Shown here: piece after piece, positions 25,293 to 36,289 of the stretch
How the letters are laid out: the number at the start of each line of letters is the position of its first letter
Numbering within the stretch: position 1 is the stretch's first letter
Origin: Neoechinorhynchus agilis
Taxonomy: Eukaryota; Animalia; Acanthocephala
Reading direction: 5' to 3'
Length of the DNA stretch: 64,000 nt
NCBI GenBank assembly: GCA_051530055.1
Contig: CM121341.1
Coordinates: forward strand, 1,550,001 to 1,614,000
Made by a program: the position numbers and the translations under genes
Notes under the pieces: model-generated
What the model was told of the DNA's origin: nothing
What the model saw: only the letters and a program-made list of their open reading frames with translations
The model's database searches: none

Positions 25293-25743
25293 ACAAAGAT
25301 TCTATCGTTACAAGAGGCCAAGTGTTAATTTTCGAGACCCCAAAGCTTAATCCTGCGACAGGAAAATAAAGGGTTGATTGAAATTGTAATCTATTGCTCC
25401 TTCAAGCGATGTCTCTAAAACAGAATTTTACCGTCGTTAATAAAACGAATTAAATTCGACTTTTTTTTCAGTGTTTCAATGGCCACTAAAAATAGAAACA
25501 AGACGCAATCTTCATGATCAATAATGGCAAAATCAAAAAACCATTTGCCAGCACTTGAGACCAAACAATTCCCAGGTTTTATTAAAAAAACCTTCACGCT
25601 AGAAGAGAACGATCGTTATACGGTCTAAAACAAAAAATTGGTGGATGAAAATACGACACGAGGAAGTAGGCAAAGCGCATGATGCGACGTTCGGGCACGA
25701 AAGAAAACAAGAGTATGGATCACTGTTTATTTAGAAACGACTG

Positions 25744-25786
25744 TGACGTCATTTTCTAAAAGGTGATTGGTTCGTATGTGACGTCA
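25744..25786. promoter_or_regulatory. Two TGACGTCA (CRE/ATF-type) palindromes flanking a reverse CCAAT box, in the divergent RPL5/C9orf78 intergenic region
   Basis: TGACGTCA at 25744-51 and 25779-86, with GATTGG between them. Confidence 0.45.
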
Positions 25787-26263
25787 TGTTCTCTTTATTT
25801 CTTTTCAGGACACAGCGATTTTCAAACCGAAAACCAACGCAGATTCACTCTTGCCGAAATTATCGACGTTTTTGACCCTTTTCATTATTTTGGAGCAAGA
25901 GTGCTTAATAATAACATATTTATTTGTTAATTAACAACGAAAAAGACCCATGTATCTTTGGGTCCTTGTGAACACTCGAATTCGCCGGAGAGAGTGAGTT
26001 TATTACTTCTTTAAGATTTGAGGAAAAAATTGTTTAGGCAAGTTTACTACGGTTCGTGGTAGAAATTGTTTTTGTTTTGATTTATTTGATTTTGGTTGAT
26101 TAAGTTGTTGGGTTGTTGTTTTTCGTTATTTCCTTCGAATCAATTCGCATTTGGAGGATTGAGCAATGGGGAAAAAGAATTGAGGTAAAGATTTGTGCGA
26201 GGAACTGAAGGATGGGAAATATTGGGGCGATTGCTTACATTGATTATTTTAGAAAGAGAAAGA

Positions 26264-27019
26264 ATGTCCAAACGTCGACGCAATTACAGAAAACCCCAGG
26301 CCCTACGTTCCTTCGATCCATCGGATGACGAAGACAGTTTAAATGAAAAGATCGCAGACGTTCGATTTTGGCAAAAAGTACGGCTTCGTCAGTCCGGATT
26401 TAGTGTAGAAATGTTGACAGCGTTAGAGCGTGATTCCAAACAACAGCAGCCGCCGTCTTCCTTAAAGGAGATTGTCCGTTGTCTGAATTCCGGTGAAGCA
26501 GTTGACGTACGAACCATGAAATCAAGAGACCTCGAGTGTTTAATGAAAGGCAATTTCGCTAAAGAAAAAGATAATCATGAAGAAGACGAGAGAATGTTGA
26601 AGTATATCGAAGAAGAGTTGGAAAAGAGACGGAAGGATGGCCAACTTGAAGGAAGTTCGTCGAAAGTTCAGAAAATCGATACTCTGGACGAAGCACTTCA
26701 TTCTGTGTCACGTCGATTGACCAATAGTATTGGAATACCGATTGTTCAGAATCGATCAGAGGAGATGTTGAGTGAGCAGATGCTTTCAGGAATTCCTGAA
26801 GTTGACCTTGGATTCGAAGAGAAAGTGCGGAACATTAAGGAAACTGAACGAATGCGACAACTTGTTTTAGAGAAGTTGAGAGAAAAAAAGGATGAACCGC
26901 AAGAAGATTGCATTGATTTTGTTCAACATTGCAGGTTCAATACTACGGACACGAGTTGTGAATTACCCTCTAGACTTGATAGTCCTTCGATGGACGATAG
27001 TCGAGGAGAAATATATTGA
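26264..27019 (+). CDS. C9orf78: C9orf78/TLS1 (HCA59-family) splicing-associated protein
   Basis: EEDERMLKYIEEELEKRR and LSEQMLSGIPEVDLG...KVRNIKETE, FVQH motifs. ATG at 26264 follows a 5' UTR GTAAAG..TTTTAG intron candidate. Confidence 0.88.
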   Translation: MSKRRRNYRKPQALRSFDPSDDEDSLNEKIADVRFWQKVRLRQSGFSVEMLTALERDSKQQQPPSSLKEIVRCLNSGEAVDVRTMKSRDLECLMKGNFAKEKDNHEEDERMLKYIEEELEKRRKDGQLEGSSSKVQKIDTLDEALHSVSRRLTNSIGIPIVQNRSEEMLSEQMLSGIPEVDLGFEEKVRNIKETERMRQLVLEKLREKKDEPQEDCIDFVQHCRFNTTDTSCELPSRLDSPSMDDSRGEIY

Positions 27020-27083
27020 TAAGTTTGATTGCTTTTAGGGATTCTATCTTTAAGATTTTTGAAGCCCTTTCGTTTTATTGTAG

Positions 27084-27299
27084 ATGGCTCAAGGTGAAGA
27101 ACCGATTCCACCTGAGGTTGCTGCTAAACTCGTCGGATTTAAAAAATATTTTAACTCCTATACGATTATTGGACGTAGAAATATGGTGCTTTTGTCGTGG
27201 ACTTCATTTGGACTATTGATTGGAGGAACTGTTTGGGCTTTGAAACGACCGAAAAAGGAAATTAGTGTGATGGAAAACGATATTGATAAAACGGAATAG
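27084..27299 (+). CDS. ATP5MK: ATP synthase membrane subunit K (DAPIT/USMG5)
   Basis: GFKKYFNSYTIIGRRN motif followed by one TM helix and a basic tail. Confidence 0.9.
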   Translation: MAQGEEPIPPEVAAKLVGFKKYFNSYTIIGRRNMVLLSWTSFGLLIGGTVWALKRPKKEISVMENDIDKTE

Positions 27300-27524
27300 A
27301 AATAACTAGAAAACATAGAATTTTGGTTTTGATTGTTCGATCAGATAAGAAGAGATCGTTTTGTTTTTGAGCTGAAATATTTTGACGCTTTTTTATAGCT
27401 AAAGAATGTTTTTATTAACTTCTCGTGTCTAATACTTTACACTTAATTCGCTTATTTTATAAATATGCTCGTTGGATTTATATTTTTGTGGACATGTGAA
27501 AAATCTTAAGCTAATGAGAAATCC

Positions 27525-27721
27525 AGATTTTTATGACATCTCTTCCTCGGCTTTTTGGCATGAAGCCACACCGATCTCTTACACCAGAGAAGTGATTGAA
27601 TCACTTAGACTCTGAGGCACACGATTGTGGGTTTGTAATCATCCCTCCGGACGCTCAGAAATCGGTGTGGCATCATGCCAAGAAGGAACTAAAAAAGCCG
27701 AGGAAAGGATGTCCTAAATCT
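27525..27721. mobile_element. ~200-bp branched fold-back element (MITE-like or structured RNA)
   Basis: gacatctcttcctcggcttttt pairs with aaaaagccgaggaaaggatgtc; ttggcatgaagccacaccgat pairs with atcggtgtggcatcatgccaa; internal aagtgattgaatcactt hairpin. Confidence 0.65.
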
Positions 27722-28009
27722 AAATCAATAGAATCGGCTTGCCAGTAAAAACATTTACGAACTGTTGAGAACTAACACGAACTTTCCATTTTAAAAATGA
27801 TCAAAAGAATGCGCTAATTTTCTACAATGAAAAATGTATTTGATTTTTTTGTGGATTCTATGATGCACGAAAACTGATTCGGTCTTTTAAACATAAAGAT
27901 GGTCTCAGAATTCTCTTTTTAAGACATCTTCATGGCGTCCATATCAAATTAACAATGTACGCAACCATGGTAACATTTTTGGATCTTTCTTTTTATTTTG
28001 AACAGCTAC

Positions 28010-28345
28010 ATGGCTATGGTCAATATCCTTCCCAACCGTATGAATATAACTATTTTTCATGGAAAAAGAATGGACACTGTGTTGGTCGCATCTTCGTCCC
28101 CTTTAACGGTTTCTAACCTTATGGAATCCATAGAAAATCGTCTCTCTTTACCGCGCGAGAAACAAGTTTTAATTTTTCGCCATCAACCGATTCACGAAAC
28201 ACCAATTGCAACATTTTCCGAATTAAAAATGGAAAATGATGCAATAGTAGTGATGGGATCAATGGACGACCGAAACGGGAGAATGGTTTGTAAGTGTGGA
28301 TACTGCTTACTTGAGAACCGTGATCGAATTGAGTTCTTTGAGTGA
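28010..28345 (+). CDS. Ubiquitin-like domain protein resembling the BAG1 Ubl; no BAG domain visible
   Basis: MNITIFHG...TVSNLMESIENRLSLPREKQVLIFRHQ...TFSELKMENDAIVVMG fits a Ubl fold. A GTAAGT donor at 28290 may alter the C-terminus. Confidence 0.6.
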   Translation: MAMVNILPNRMNITIFHGKRMDTVLVASSSPLTVSNLMESIENRLSLPREKQVLIFRHQPIHETPIATFSELKMENDAIVVMGSMDDRNGRMVCKCGYCLLENRDRIEFFE

Positions 28346-29237
28346 ATTTTAACTCGGTTTAAAGCTAAAAAGGAAAGCTCGTCTTTTGAAAATTGTGGTC
28401 GATTTAACATATCTGGATTTTTGGACCAAAAATTAAGGCTAGTCGTTTTCAATAGGAGTCAAAATTAACGACTTATAAATTCTTGAAATTCTCAGTTTAT
28501 ATGCCTCCTAAACTACCAAAATGATGTCCGTAATCTCAGAAACATTTTTACTTATTGGCGTAAAATATTAAAATTTCTGATAAACCCTTTCTTGGGTAGA
28601 GTTGTTAGGGCGAAGACCTTAATGTTAATTCCTTCATATGGAGTGCTAAACCGTTATTTAGGAATACACTTAGAACATATATAATGCATTTAGAATTCGG
28701 TGGATTTTAACTAAAATGTGAACACGATATTGAAGTGATTTCTAAAACACAGTTAATTTTTATTGTTTTGTGCAAAATAAAGCGAAAAGCATTTCTTAGA
28801 ATAGTTTGAAATCCTACTGAGAGGATCGCAATACTTTTTCTTATATTTCCTTTATTTATGTCGCAAAGAGTTTTGTATTTAGCTTGAAACATTTTTAGTT
28901 GGTGACAATTTTTACGTGATAATTTTCCTCTCTCAATGCTTATAAAAGCCAGACTTAAATTTAAAAATATTTGATGATTCAATGCCCAACGAAATTGTGA
29001 TTAGTTGATGGAAAAGTATTTCAAAGGTACTTGGCGAACAACGTTCGTCAAAAATTACTAAGCTAATATTAAATCATAAAATTTGTCGATATTTCTAATT
29101 TTAAAATACGTCTGAATCTCTAATTGATCGTTAATTTTCAATATTATGTGTGAGTTGCAACATTTTGGTGGTTATGCTCAAAATTTTTATCTTAAAGTAC
29201 CATATGACTTTTCGATGAACTTTTTCAGATTTCACTA

Positions 29238-29633
29238 ATGAATATTCAGCCAATAAAGGAAGCCTGTGACCACATTGGATTCTTAATCGGTGATATGTTT
29301 AGCGAATTGGAGAAGGCACCTGGACTGATAACGGTTTGTCAAACCTCAGATGATATTGTACGACAGGCTCAGGATTCCGCCCGGGATTATCTCGAAGGAA
29401 TGATGAAACTAAACATGTTATTGAAGCATCTCAGTTTTCAGCTAAAAAAGACATATCCGGAATTGGCGTTGATAGATGAAATCTCCAAATTGAAAGAAAA
29501 AATCGAAGTGAAGGAAAGTCTTGTAAATGAAGCACGAATGGTAATTGAAAAGTTTGTTAGCGAGAATAAGAGACAAAATAACAAGGAAGAGGATGAAGTG
29601 CATTCATCGAATTTCTTAAGAGAAAATCAATGA
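29238..29633 (+). CDS. Mediator subunit 28-like coiled-coil protein
   Basis: PELALIDEISKLKEKIEVKESLV resembles my recollection of the MED28 C-terminal helix; size 131 aa. Assignment from memory only. Confidence 0.5.
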   Translation: MNIQPIKEACDHIGFLIGDMFSELEKAPGLITVCQTSDDIVRQAQDSARDYLEGMMKLNMLLKHLSFQLKKTYPELALIDEISKLKEKIEVKESLVNEARMVIEKFVSENKRQNNKEEDEVHSSNFLRENQ

Positions 29634-30282
29634 AGTGATCTTTCCGTCATGCATTGAAGCGAGAATGAAAGCGAAGGTCGATATTCGTTTTTCAAAATGA
29701 TATTAATTATACACTAAACGAGCGATGCTTCTCTTATGTATTTATAGAATATTTGCTTCTAAGAAATTTTGCGCAGGACTTAAAATGTTCTTTAATGGAA
29801 GATGATCTGATCAGTATTTTAGATACGTTTACCTTGATTTAAGACGTTATCGAAGGCTCCATTATCCGTAAATTAATTCTGTCCATTTTTCCAAATAAGA
29901 ATGGAATTGTCAATGAATCGAGATGCTGTATGGATAAAATTAGCAAGTCGATAGACGGCGACTTCCTGGTGCACATCACGAAAAAGTATGGCTGCATGAA
30001 AATGGTAGAGAGTTCTAATCCTTACGAAAGTTTCTGAGCAAAATCATTTTCAAATTATAACGATTAATATCGCGCCCCTTTCAAATGTAAAATCGTACAA
30101 AAAAGCGACGTACATGCTTATTAATTGGCAGCTTTTATCGCAGTTGAACTGTAAAAAATTGTGGAATTAAACGTAAAGATGCATAAAAATTTATTATGAG
30201 AAAAATAGTTTAATATCCTACTCGACTGCTTAACTTTTGTGGAAGATCTTTTAAACGTAATTTACAGTTTACAGACTTCGCT

Positions 30283-30981
30283 TTAGCATCTCCTTAAATG
30301 ACCTTTCGGTAAAGAAGTAGGCAAGGATGAAGATTTTTCGATGAATTCAACGCAAGGACGACAGGGATGATAATGTGATTTGCATAAAGTGCAATATTTG
30401 AACGCACAAGACTTGTACCCGCATTGTCCTTGTTGATGTTCAATATCCTCCAATGATGTCCTTCGACATTTCGGACACTTCCAGCAGCGATAATCTCTAT
30501 TTCTTTGCAGTCGGCCAAGCAGATTTAAATCTAATTGCTCCGCCGGAAGCTCTTGCTTCGAAGGCAAAATGTTGAATTTTGTACATGAAAGTACTCTTGA
30601 TTCTTGACGCTTTCGTTTTCTTGTTGACTTCGTAACGATATTCTCCTTATTTTCATCGCTCACATTGTTCTTTTTTGATCGAAGATTGTACTCGACTCTT
30701 ATTGGCGTAGTCACAGCACTCCTTTTTCTTTTCGGACGTTTTTCGATTTCATTGGTTTTTAGTGGTAGTTGCTGTTGTAATTCTTGTTCAATGTATTCCG
30801 GTGGAGGAATTATTGGCAAATACATCTTTTGAAGACGACTGATTTTTGCGTTTGAAACGTTACTTATAAAAGTCAGCGACGCATTCGATTCGTTTTGGTG
30901 TATGGGATCAAGTAGTTTTCGTTTTCTGCTAAAACTGTTGTTTACAACATTTAGAAGCAATTTTTGAGATCCACGATCCAT
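30283..30981 (-). CDS. Emi1/Emi2/Rca1-like APC/C inhibitor, copy 1 (232 aa)
   Basis: C-terminal ZBR C-x2-C-x14-C-x4-C-x4-C-x2-C-x4-H-x4-C, a KEN box (ENKEN) and an LRRC tail resembling the RL tail. Confidence 0.8.
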   Translation of the reverse strand: MDRGSQKLLLNVVNNSFSRKRKLLDPIHQNESNASLTFISNVSNAKISRLQKMYLPIIPPPEYIEQELQQQLPLKTNEIEKRPKRKRSAVTTPIRVEYNLRSKKNNVSDENKENIVTKSTRKRKRQESRVLSCTKFNILPSKQELPAEQLDLNLLGRLQRNRDYRCWKCPKCRRTSLEDIEHQQGQCGYKSCAFKYCTLCKSHYHPCRPCVEFIEKSSSLPTSLPKGHLRRC

Positions 30982-32968
30982 TTTGTTTCGAATTGTAAGG
31001 TGAAAGTTTCTGCAAAAGAAATGTTTATACAATCTATCTGAGGGAAAATAATACGATGGGAGTACATATCACTCGGCGGTAGCAGTGAATTTCGACCAAT
31101 CAGCGCGCGAGAAAATGATTTGATAATATCAGTAAAAACTTTTACGCCCTTCGTACTAAATTGTCTAATTCACCTGGGAAATTTCTGGGCGTCTTTTGAA
31201 TACTTCAAGTGGTAAAGGTAATTGCAGGTATATCAAGCCCTCAAGTGTATATTCTTTTCCCATGAATGCAATAAAAGGTTTTTCAATCGAAAAAATCTTA
31301 AAGAATATTTGACTAATTGCTTCGGCTTTTAAGATTCATAAGAAAAAAATAGAAAAATTCTAACTGTTGCATGAAAATGGAGGTCAAGTTTTGACGGATG
31401 TTAAAAATGACAGCAATGAACACCTATGGAAATCGAGACTGTCTCTCAATTCTACAAAAATGCGTATCGGTTACATTCAATGTTTGTTTAATCAAATAAT
31501 TTTTTGAAATCAATACTTTAGTTCTAGCAAATCACTCCAGAAACAAGCGTTCATGTAAGCTACATTCTGTCCATTCACCTTGATTAATTATGTTTATTTT
31601 TCTGTTCTCTTGAGTGGACACCAGCATTTGGCTTTCTACTGAGCTCATAATTATATTTTTCTAGGTTACGCCCATTCACCTTAGATGAACCAAATGAAGG
31701 ATAATATGTAATCCAAGACCAGTTTATACGTGGAATAACTGTTTTAAATATGCATGAAGGATCTGTGTTTATTGCACCTAAATTTGATCCGTCAGGGGTA
31801 TTCACTTATTTTAAACTGAATTTTTCGAGAATTTTGGAATTGAAATCTTTTTGTCAGAATTTCACTTTTAGTGTTAAATGAACGAAATAAATTGCTTCAA
31901 GAAATGGTTGGCTTAAGGACGCGTTCAATTAAGAATGAACCGATGCCTTAACGATCTTATCATCCTGCTAAGAGATTTTAGGGAAATCAGAAACGCCTAT
32001 AATTATCATTGGTTTATTCAGATGTCCGTACGATAACATCAAAAAGTTAATCATTTTTAATTTAATCAACGAATTGTGTGCGTTACACTTTATCAGGTAA
32101 AACTGTGCGAAGTAAATTGAATGCTGCAATCCTCGTGTAATAAAATTAATACCCCTGACGGATCAAATTTAGGAGCAATAAACACAGATCCTTCATGCAT
32201 ATTTAAAACAGTTATTCCACGTATAAACTGGTCTTGGATTACATATTATCCTTCATTTGGTTCATCTAAGGTGAATGGGCGTAACCTAGAAAAATATAAT
32301 TATGAGCTCAGTAGAAAGCCAAATGCTGGTGTCCACTCAAGAGAACAGAAAAATAAACATAATTAATCAAGGTGAACGGACAGAATGTAGCTTACATGAA
32401 CGCTTGTTTCTGGAGTGATTTGCTAGAACTAAAGTATTGATTTCAAAAAATTATTTGATTAAACAAACATTGAATGTAACCGATACGCATTTTTGTAGAA
32501 TTGAGAGACAGTCTCGATTTCCATAGGTGTTCATTGCTGTCATTTTTAACATCCGTCAAAACTTGACCTCCATTTTCATGCAACAGTTAGAATTTTTCTA
32601 TTTTTTTCTTATGAATCTTAAAAGCCGAAGCAATTAGTCAAATATTCTTTAAGATTTTTTCGATTGAAAAACCTTTTATTGCATTCATGGGAAAAGAATA
32701 TACACTTGAGGGCTTGATATACCTGCAATTACCTTTACCACTTGAAGTATTCAAAAGACGCCCAGAAATTTCCCAGGTGAATTAGACAATTTAGTACGAA
32801 GGGCGTAAAAGTTTTTACTGATATTATCAAATCATTTTCTCGCGCGCTGATTGGTCGAAATTCACTGCTACCGCCGAGTGATATGTACTCCCATCGTATT
32901 ATTTTCCCTCAGATAGATTGTATAAACATTTCTTTTGCAGAAACTTTCACCTTACAATTCGAAACAAA

Positions 32969-33667
32969 ATGGATCGTGGATCTCAAAAATTGCTTCTAAA
33001 TGTTGTAAACAACAGTTTTAGCAGAAAACGAAAACTACTTGATCCCATACACCAAAACGAATCGAATGCGTCGCTGACTTTTATAAGTAACGTTTCAAAC
33101 GCAAAAATCAGTCGTCTTCAAAAGATGTATTTGCCAATAATTCCTCCACCGGAATACATTGAACAAGAATTACAACAGCAACTACCACTAAAAACCAATG
33201 AAATCGAAAAACGTCCGAAAAGAAAAAGGAGTGCTGTGACTACGCCAATAAGAGTCGAGTACAATCTTCGATCAAAAAAGAACAATGTGAGCGATGAAAA
33301 TAAGGAGAATATCGTTACGAAGTCAACAAGAAAACGAAAGCGTCAAGAATCAAGAGTACTTTCATGTACAAAATTCAACATTTTGCCTTCGAAGCAAGAG
33401 CTTCCGGCGGAGCAATTAGATTTAAATCTGCTTGGCCGACTGCAAAGAAATAGAGATTATCGCTGCTGGAAGTGTCCGAAATGTCGAAGGACATCATTGG
33501 AGGATATTGAACATCAACAAGGACAATGCGGGTACAAGTCTTGTGCGTTCAAATATTGCACTTTATGCAAATCACATTATCATCCCTGTCGTCCTTGCGT
33601 TGAATTCATCGAAAAATCTTCATCCTTGCCTACTTCTTTACCGAAAGGTCATTTAAGGAGATGCTAA
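32969..33667 (+). CDS. Emi1/Emi2/Rca1-like APC/C inhibitor, copy 2 (identical protein)
   Basis: Same as copy 1. ATG at 32969. Upstream TTCTCGCGCGC (E2F-like) and GATTGG at ~32835-32855. Confidence 0.8.
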   Translation: MDRGSQKLLLNVVNNSFSRKRKLLDPIHQNESNASLTFISNVSNAKISRLQKMYLPIIPPPEYIEQELQQQLPLKTNEIEKRPKRKRSAVTTPIRVEYNLRSKKNNVSDENKENIVTKSTRKRKRQESRVLSCTKFNILPSKQELPAEQLDLNLLGRLQRNRDYRCWKCPKCRRTSLEDIEHQQGQCGYKSCAFKYCTLCKSHYHPCRPCVEFIEKSSSLPTSLPKGHLRRC

Positions 33668-33912
33668 AGCGAAGTTGGAGCGATTTCTCCAAATTTTAAT
33701 TTTTGTTATTGACACGGGTAAATATTTAATCGACTTTTGTAATTATTTTTAAAGAAATTGTCCAAAGCTTTTGAATATAACGATAACTTTAATGTTTACT
33801 GGCAGGCGGGTTCTATAGATTCATTGTTTTTTCAGAAAATCCCTTTCCTCGGCTTATTTTCACTTGAAATCGGTTTCGCTGTATGCCGAAAAATCAAAAA
33901 TAAGCCGAGCCT

Positions 33913-34945
33913 GTGTCATCTGGGGGATCGGGAATTCAGGCGCTAGTAGACCTTGCTTTGCCGGCCTTTCTTGGATCGTTTGAGGGGAGCCTTCCAGTCT
34001 CGAAGAACATTTTGAGGGAAAAGTTCTGTCTTGACCGGGATTTCGTGGTGGCGGTTTAGGAATGGTGCCAGCAGACAGGCGCTAACCATGTTCCCGTGAA
34101 TGGACTCAGACAGTCGATCGGGGACGGACCTCTTGTCGCGAGAGCTCACAGCTCTCTACTTTCCGGTTCTCGCGATGGGGTCGTCCGAGCTAGACTGTTG
34201 GCAGTTTCAACACGAGAATCTGGGGCGTGGTTGGAGGCTGTTCCTCTGGCATCAGTGGGAACTCTTCTTACTGATGAGGTAACGAGGATCGCAGTATCCT
34301 TAAGACTTGGTCTCCCGATATGCACGCCCCATCGCTGTCGATGTGGGTCTTTGGTTGATGCTTTCGGGCGACACGGTCTCGTCTGCAGAAGGTCAGCAGG
34401 AAGGTTCTCACGCCATTCTGAAATCAATAACGCAATTTCTCGGGCGTTGAGAACGGCGAACTTCCCGAACATCCTGGAACCCGCCCATCTTTGTCGACTA
34501 GATGGCATTTCGGTCTTCCCGTGGCGGGAGGGCAAATGCCTTCTCTGGGACGCCACGTGTGTGGATACCCTCGCAGCCAGCAACATCCGCTACTCCCTCC
34601 AAATCGCCGGTGGTGCCGCCAGTGCAGCGGAAGGGGAGGAAAATACGGAAATATATTCAGTTATCGAGGTCTCACTATTTTGTCCCCTTTGGGGTAGGGA
34701 CGTATGGAGCGCTCGGCACTCTGCTCCCGGATCTCTCGAAGAAATTGAGAGAGGCAACCGGAGACTCAAGAGCAGGCTTATTTCTTCGACAAAATATCTC
34801 GCTGACAGTACAACGGGGCAATGCTGCCAGCGTGATGGCGACGGTCGAGGAAGGACAAAAGCTGGAATTTGGCGGGAGGTGGCGAGTGTGTTAATTGTCG
34901 AGAAATGAAGATTGATTGAATACATTTATTTGGTTAAAAAAACAC
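33913..34945 (+). mobile_element. 5'-truncated CRE-like retrotransposon, family B, copy 1 (frameshifted)
   Basis: ESGAWL, CRCG..D..G.H...C zinc knuckle, RHSEINNAI, PW..GK.LLWDAT RLE motif and QRGNAAS; near-identical to 45405-46571. Confidence 0.92.
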
Positions 34946-35231
34946 TGAATAACGATAACTTCATACAATAGCATTGATTTAAATTGATACTACAGCTTAT
35001 GTACCTATGATGGATCCATGATAAAAATAAGAGCTGTTTTTTAAGTTTATTTCCCAAATGAATCTTAGGGCTTAGAAATTACATCAGAATTTCCTGTTTT
35101 TATCAAAATATCGGTATACGCGTTGTCAGGGTAGGTATTCTTCCTGTAAGAATTTTTTTAGGAAAGACGCTTCTAACCTCCTTGGGTACATCATTAGTTT
35201 GTTATTTATTATCTTAAGCGTCTTTTAATAA

Positions 35232-35310
35232 TTAAAAAACTGATGATGAACCCGACGAAATTCAAAACGTCTTCAATAAAAAATTATTTACAGGGTAAAG
35301 ACCTAAATAA
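35232..35310 (+). repeat. Dispersed repeat carrying a decayed hammerhead (related to 47125-47213 and 51160-51226)
   Basis: CTGATGA-T-GAACCC GACG AAATTC-AAAA-CGTC followed by aataaaaaattatttac...aagacc, shared with the other two copies. Confidence 0.55.
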
Positions 35311-35485
35311 TACTTGCTTCCCGCCTATAGTTCAGAAATATCATCGTAAAAGATGAATTTAATGTTTCACTTCTTGCCATTAAATCTCGGCTACTTTGGA
35401 ACTCTCGCCAAGATCTACTCTGTGTTTGCTCACTGAAAGAAAGAATCACAGCTAAAAACAATATAAAAACTGAAAATTTCTTCAT
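35303..35485 (-). CDS. Possible small secreted peptide (60 aa)
   Basis: MKKFSVFILFLAVILSFSEQTQS looks like a signal peptide; RR near the C-terminus; no homology recognised. Confidence 0.3.
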   Translation of the reverse strand: MKKFSVFILFLAVILSFSEQTQSRSWREFQSSRDLMARSETLNSSFTMIFLNYRREASII

Positions 35486-35914
35486 TGGAGGGAACCAAAG
35501 GTACGTCACATTTAAAACACTGAATAAAAACTTGGTTTCCTCCGTACAAATTTATTCCGATTGTACAATTTTTATGCATTTTCCTCTCCCGATGAATTCC
35601 ACATTTGGAAAAAATATCCTAATTACGTATTAGAAACACAATGGAAATCCGTTTAAATCTTAGACGGCGATTGTAAGCATTTTATTTTACTTGATTATAA
35701 AAATACACGTTCTCTGAACTTTTCCGTGAAGCTTATGTAATCTTCCCTACTTTAATTTTCGAAATCAGACGTAATGTTGTCTTCTGCAATCCCATTGGCC
35801 AAATGTTTAAACCGCAAAATACGCATATTATTATAGCCGCATATAAAATTATTTATATTTAGTATTCATTCTATCTTAAGTTTTATGAAAAGTTCAAGAC
35901 GAATAATCATTACA

Positions 35915-36062
35915 TTTGCTTTTCGCTCACAAATTCCTCCTTTTCATCCAATTCTGCAACTGTCGTCATGATTGTTCGGCAGCTTCCTTGATGGCCGCGA
36001 CATTGCCGCGCTGGATCGCCGCGCTGATTCGCTGCATCAGGAAGCTGCTGGCGCGCATGTTC
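35915..36062 (-). mobile_element. 3' tail fragment of a CRE-like retrotransposon, family C
   Basis: Translates MRASSFLMQRISAAIQRGNVAAIKEAAEQS*; the 3' flank is homologous to 61175-61270. Confidence 0.8.
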
Positions 36063-36289
36063 AAGTTAAACATTCAACAATTTTTCCTAAAATTTAAGGG
36101 AAAATCGGGATCATCATTAGCTGCGAAATAATAAAAATTGCAAAATGTTAATAAATTGCACCTCTAATATTTTTAATAGGCAAATCAAAACTTATTAAAG
36201 CTAAAAAAAGATTTTGAAACGTTAGTTCTCCCAGATTATTCTCCTGTCGTTATTTTGACCAGTACAAAAAATGCCAGCACCAATAAAAC

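Larger units (their letters stand above)
30275..33675. repeat. Inverted segmental duplication: arms 30275-31802 and 32148-33675 (1528 bp each), 345-bp spacer
   Basis: Paired coordinates sum to 63950 throughout. At least one mismatch (31573 A vs 32377 C). Confidence 0.95.

Noticed and set aside
31584-32366. 73/81-aa ORFs in the inner palindrome arms
   Set aside because: No recognisable domain, and the left copy has no ATG; the duplication alone explains their identity.
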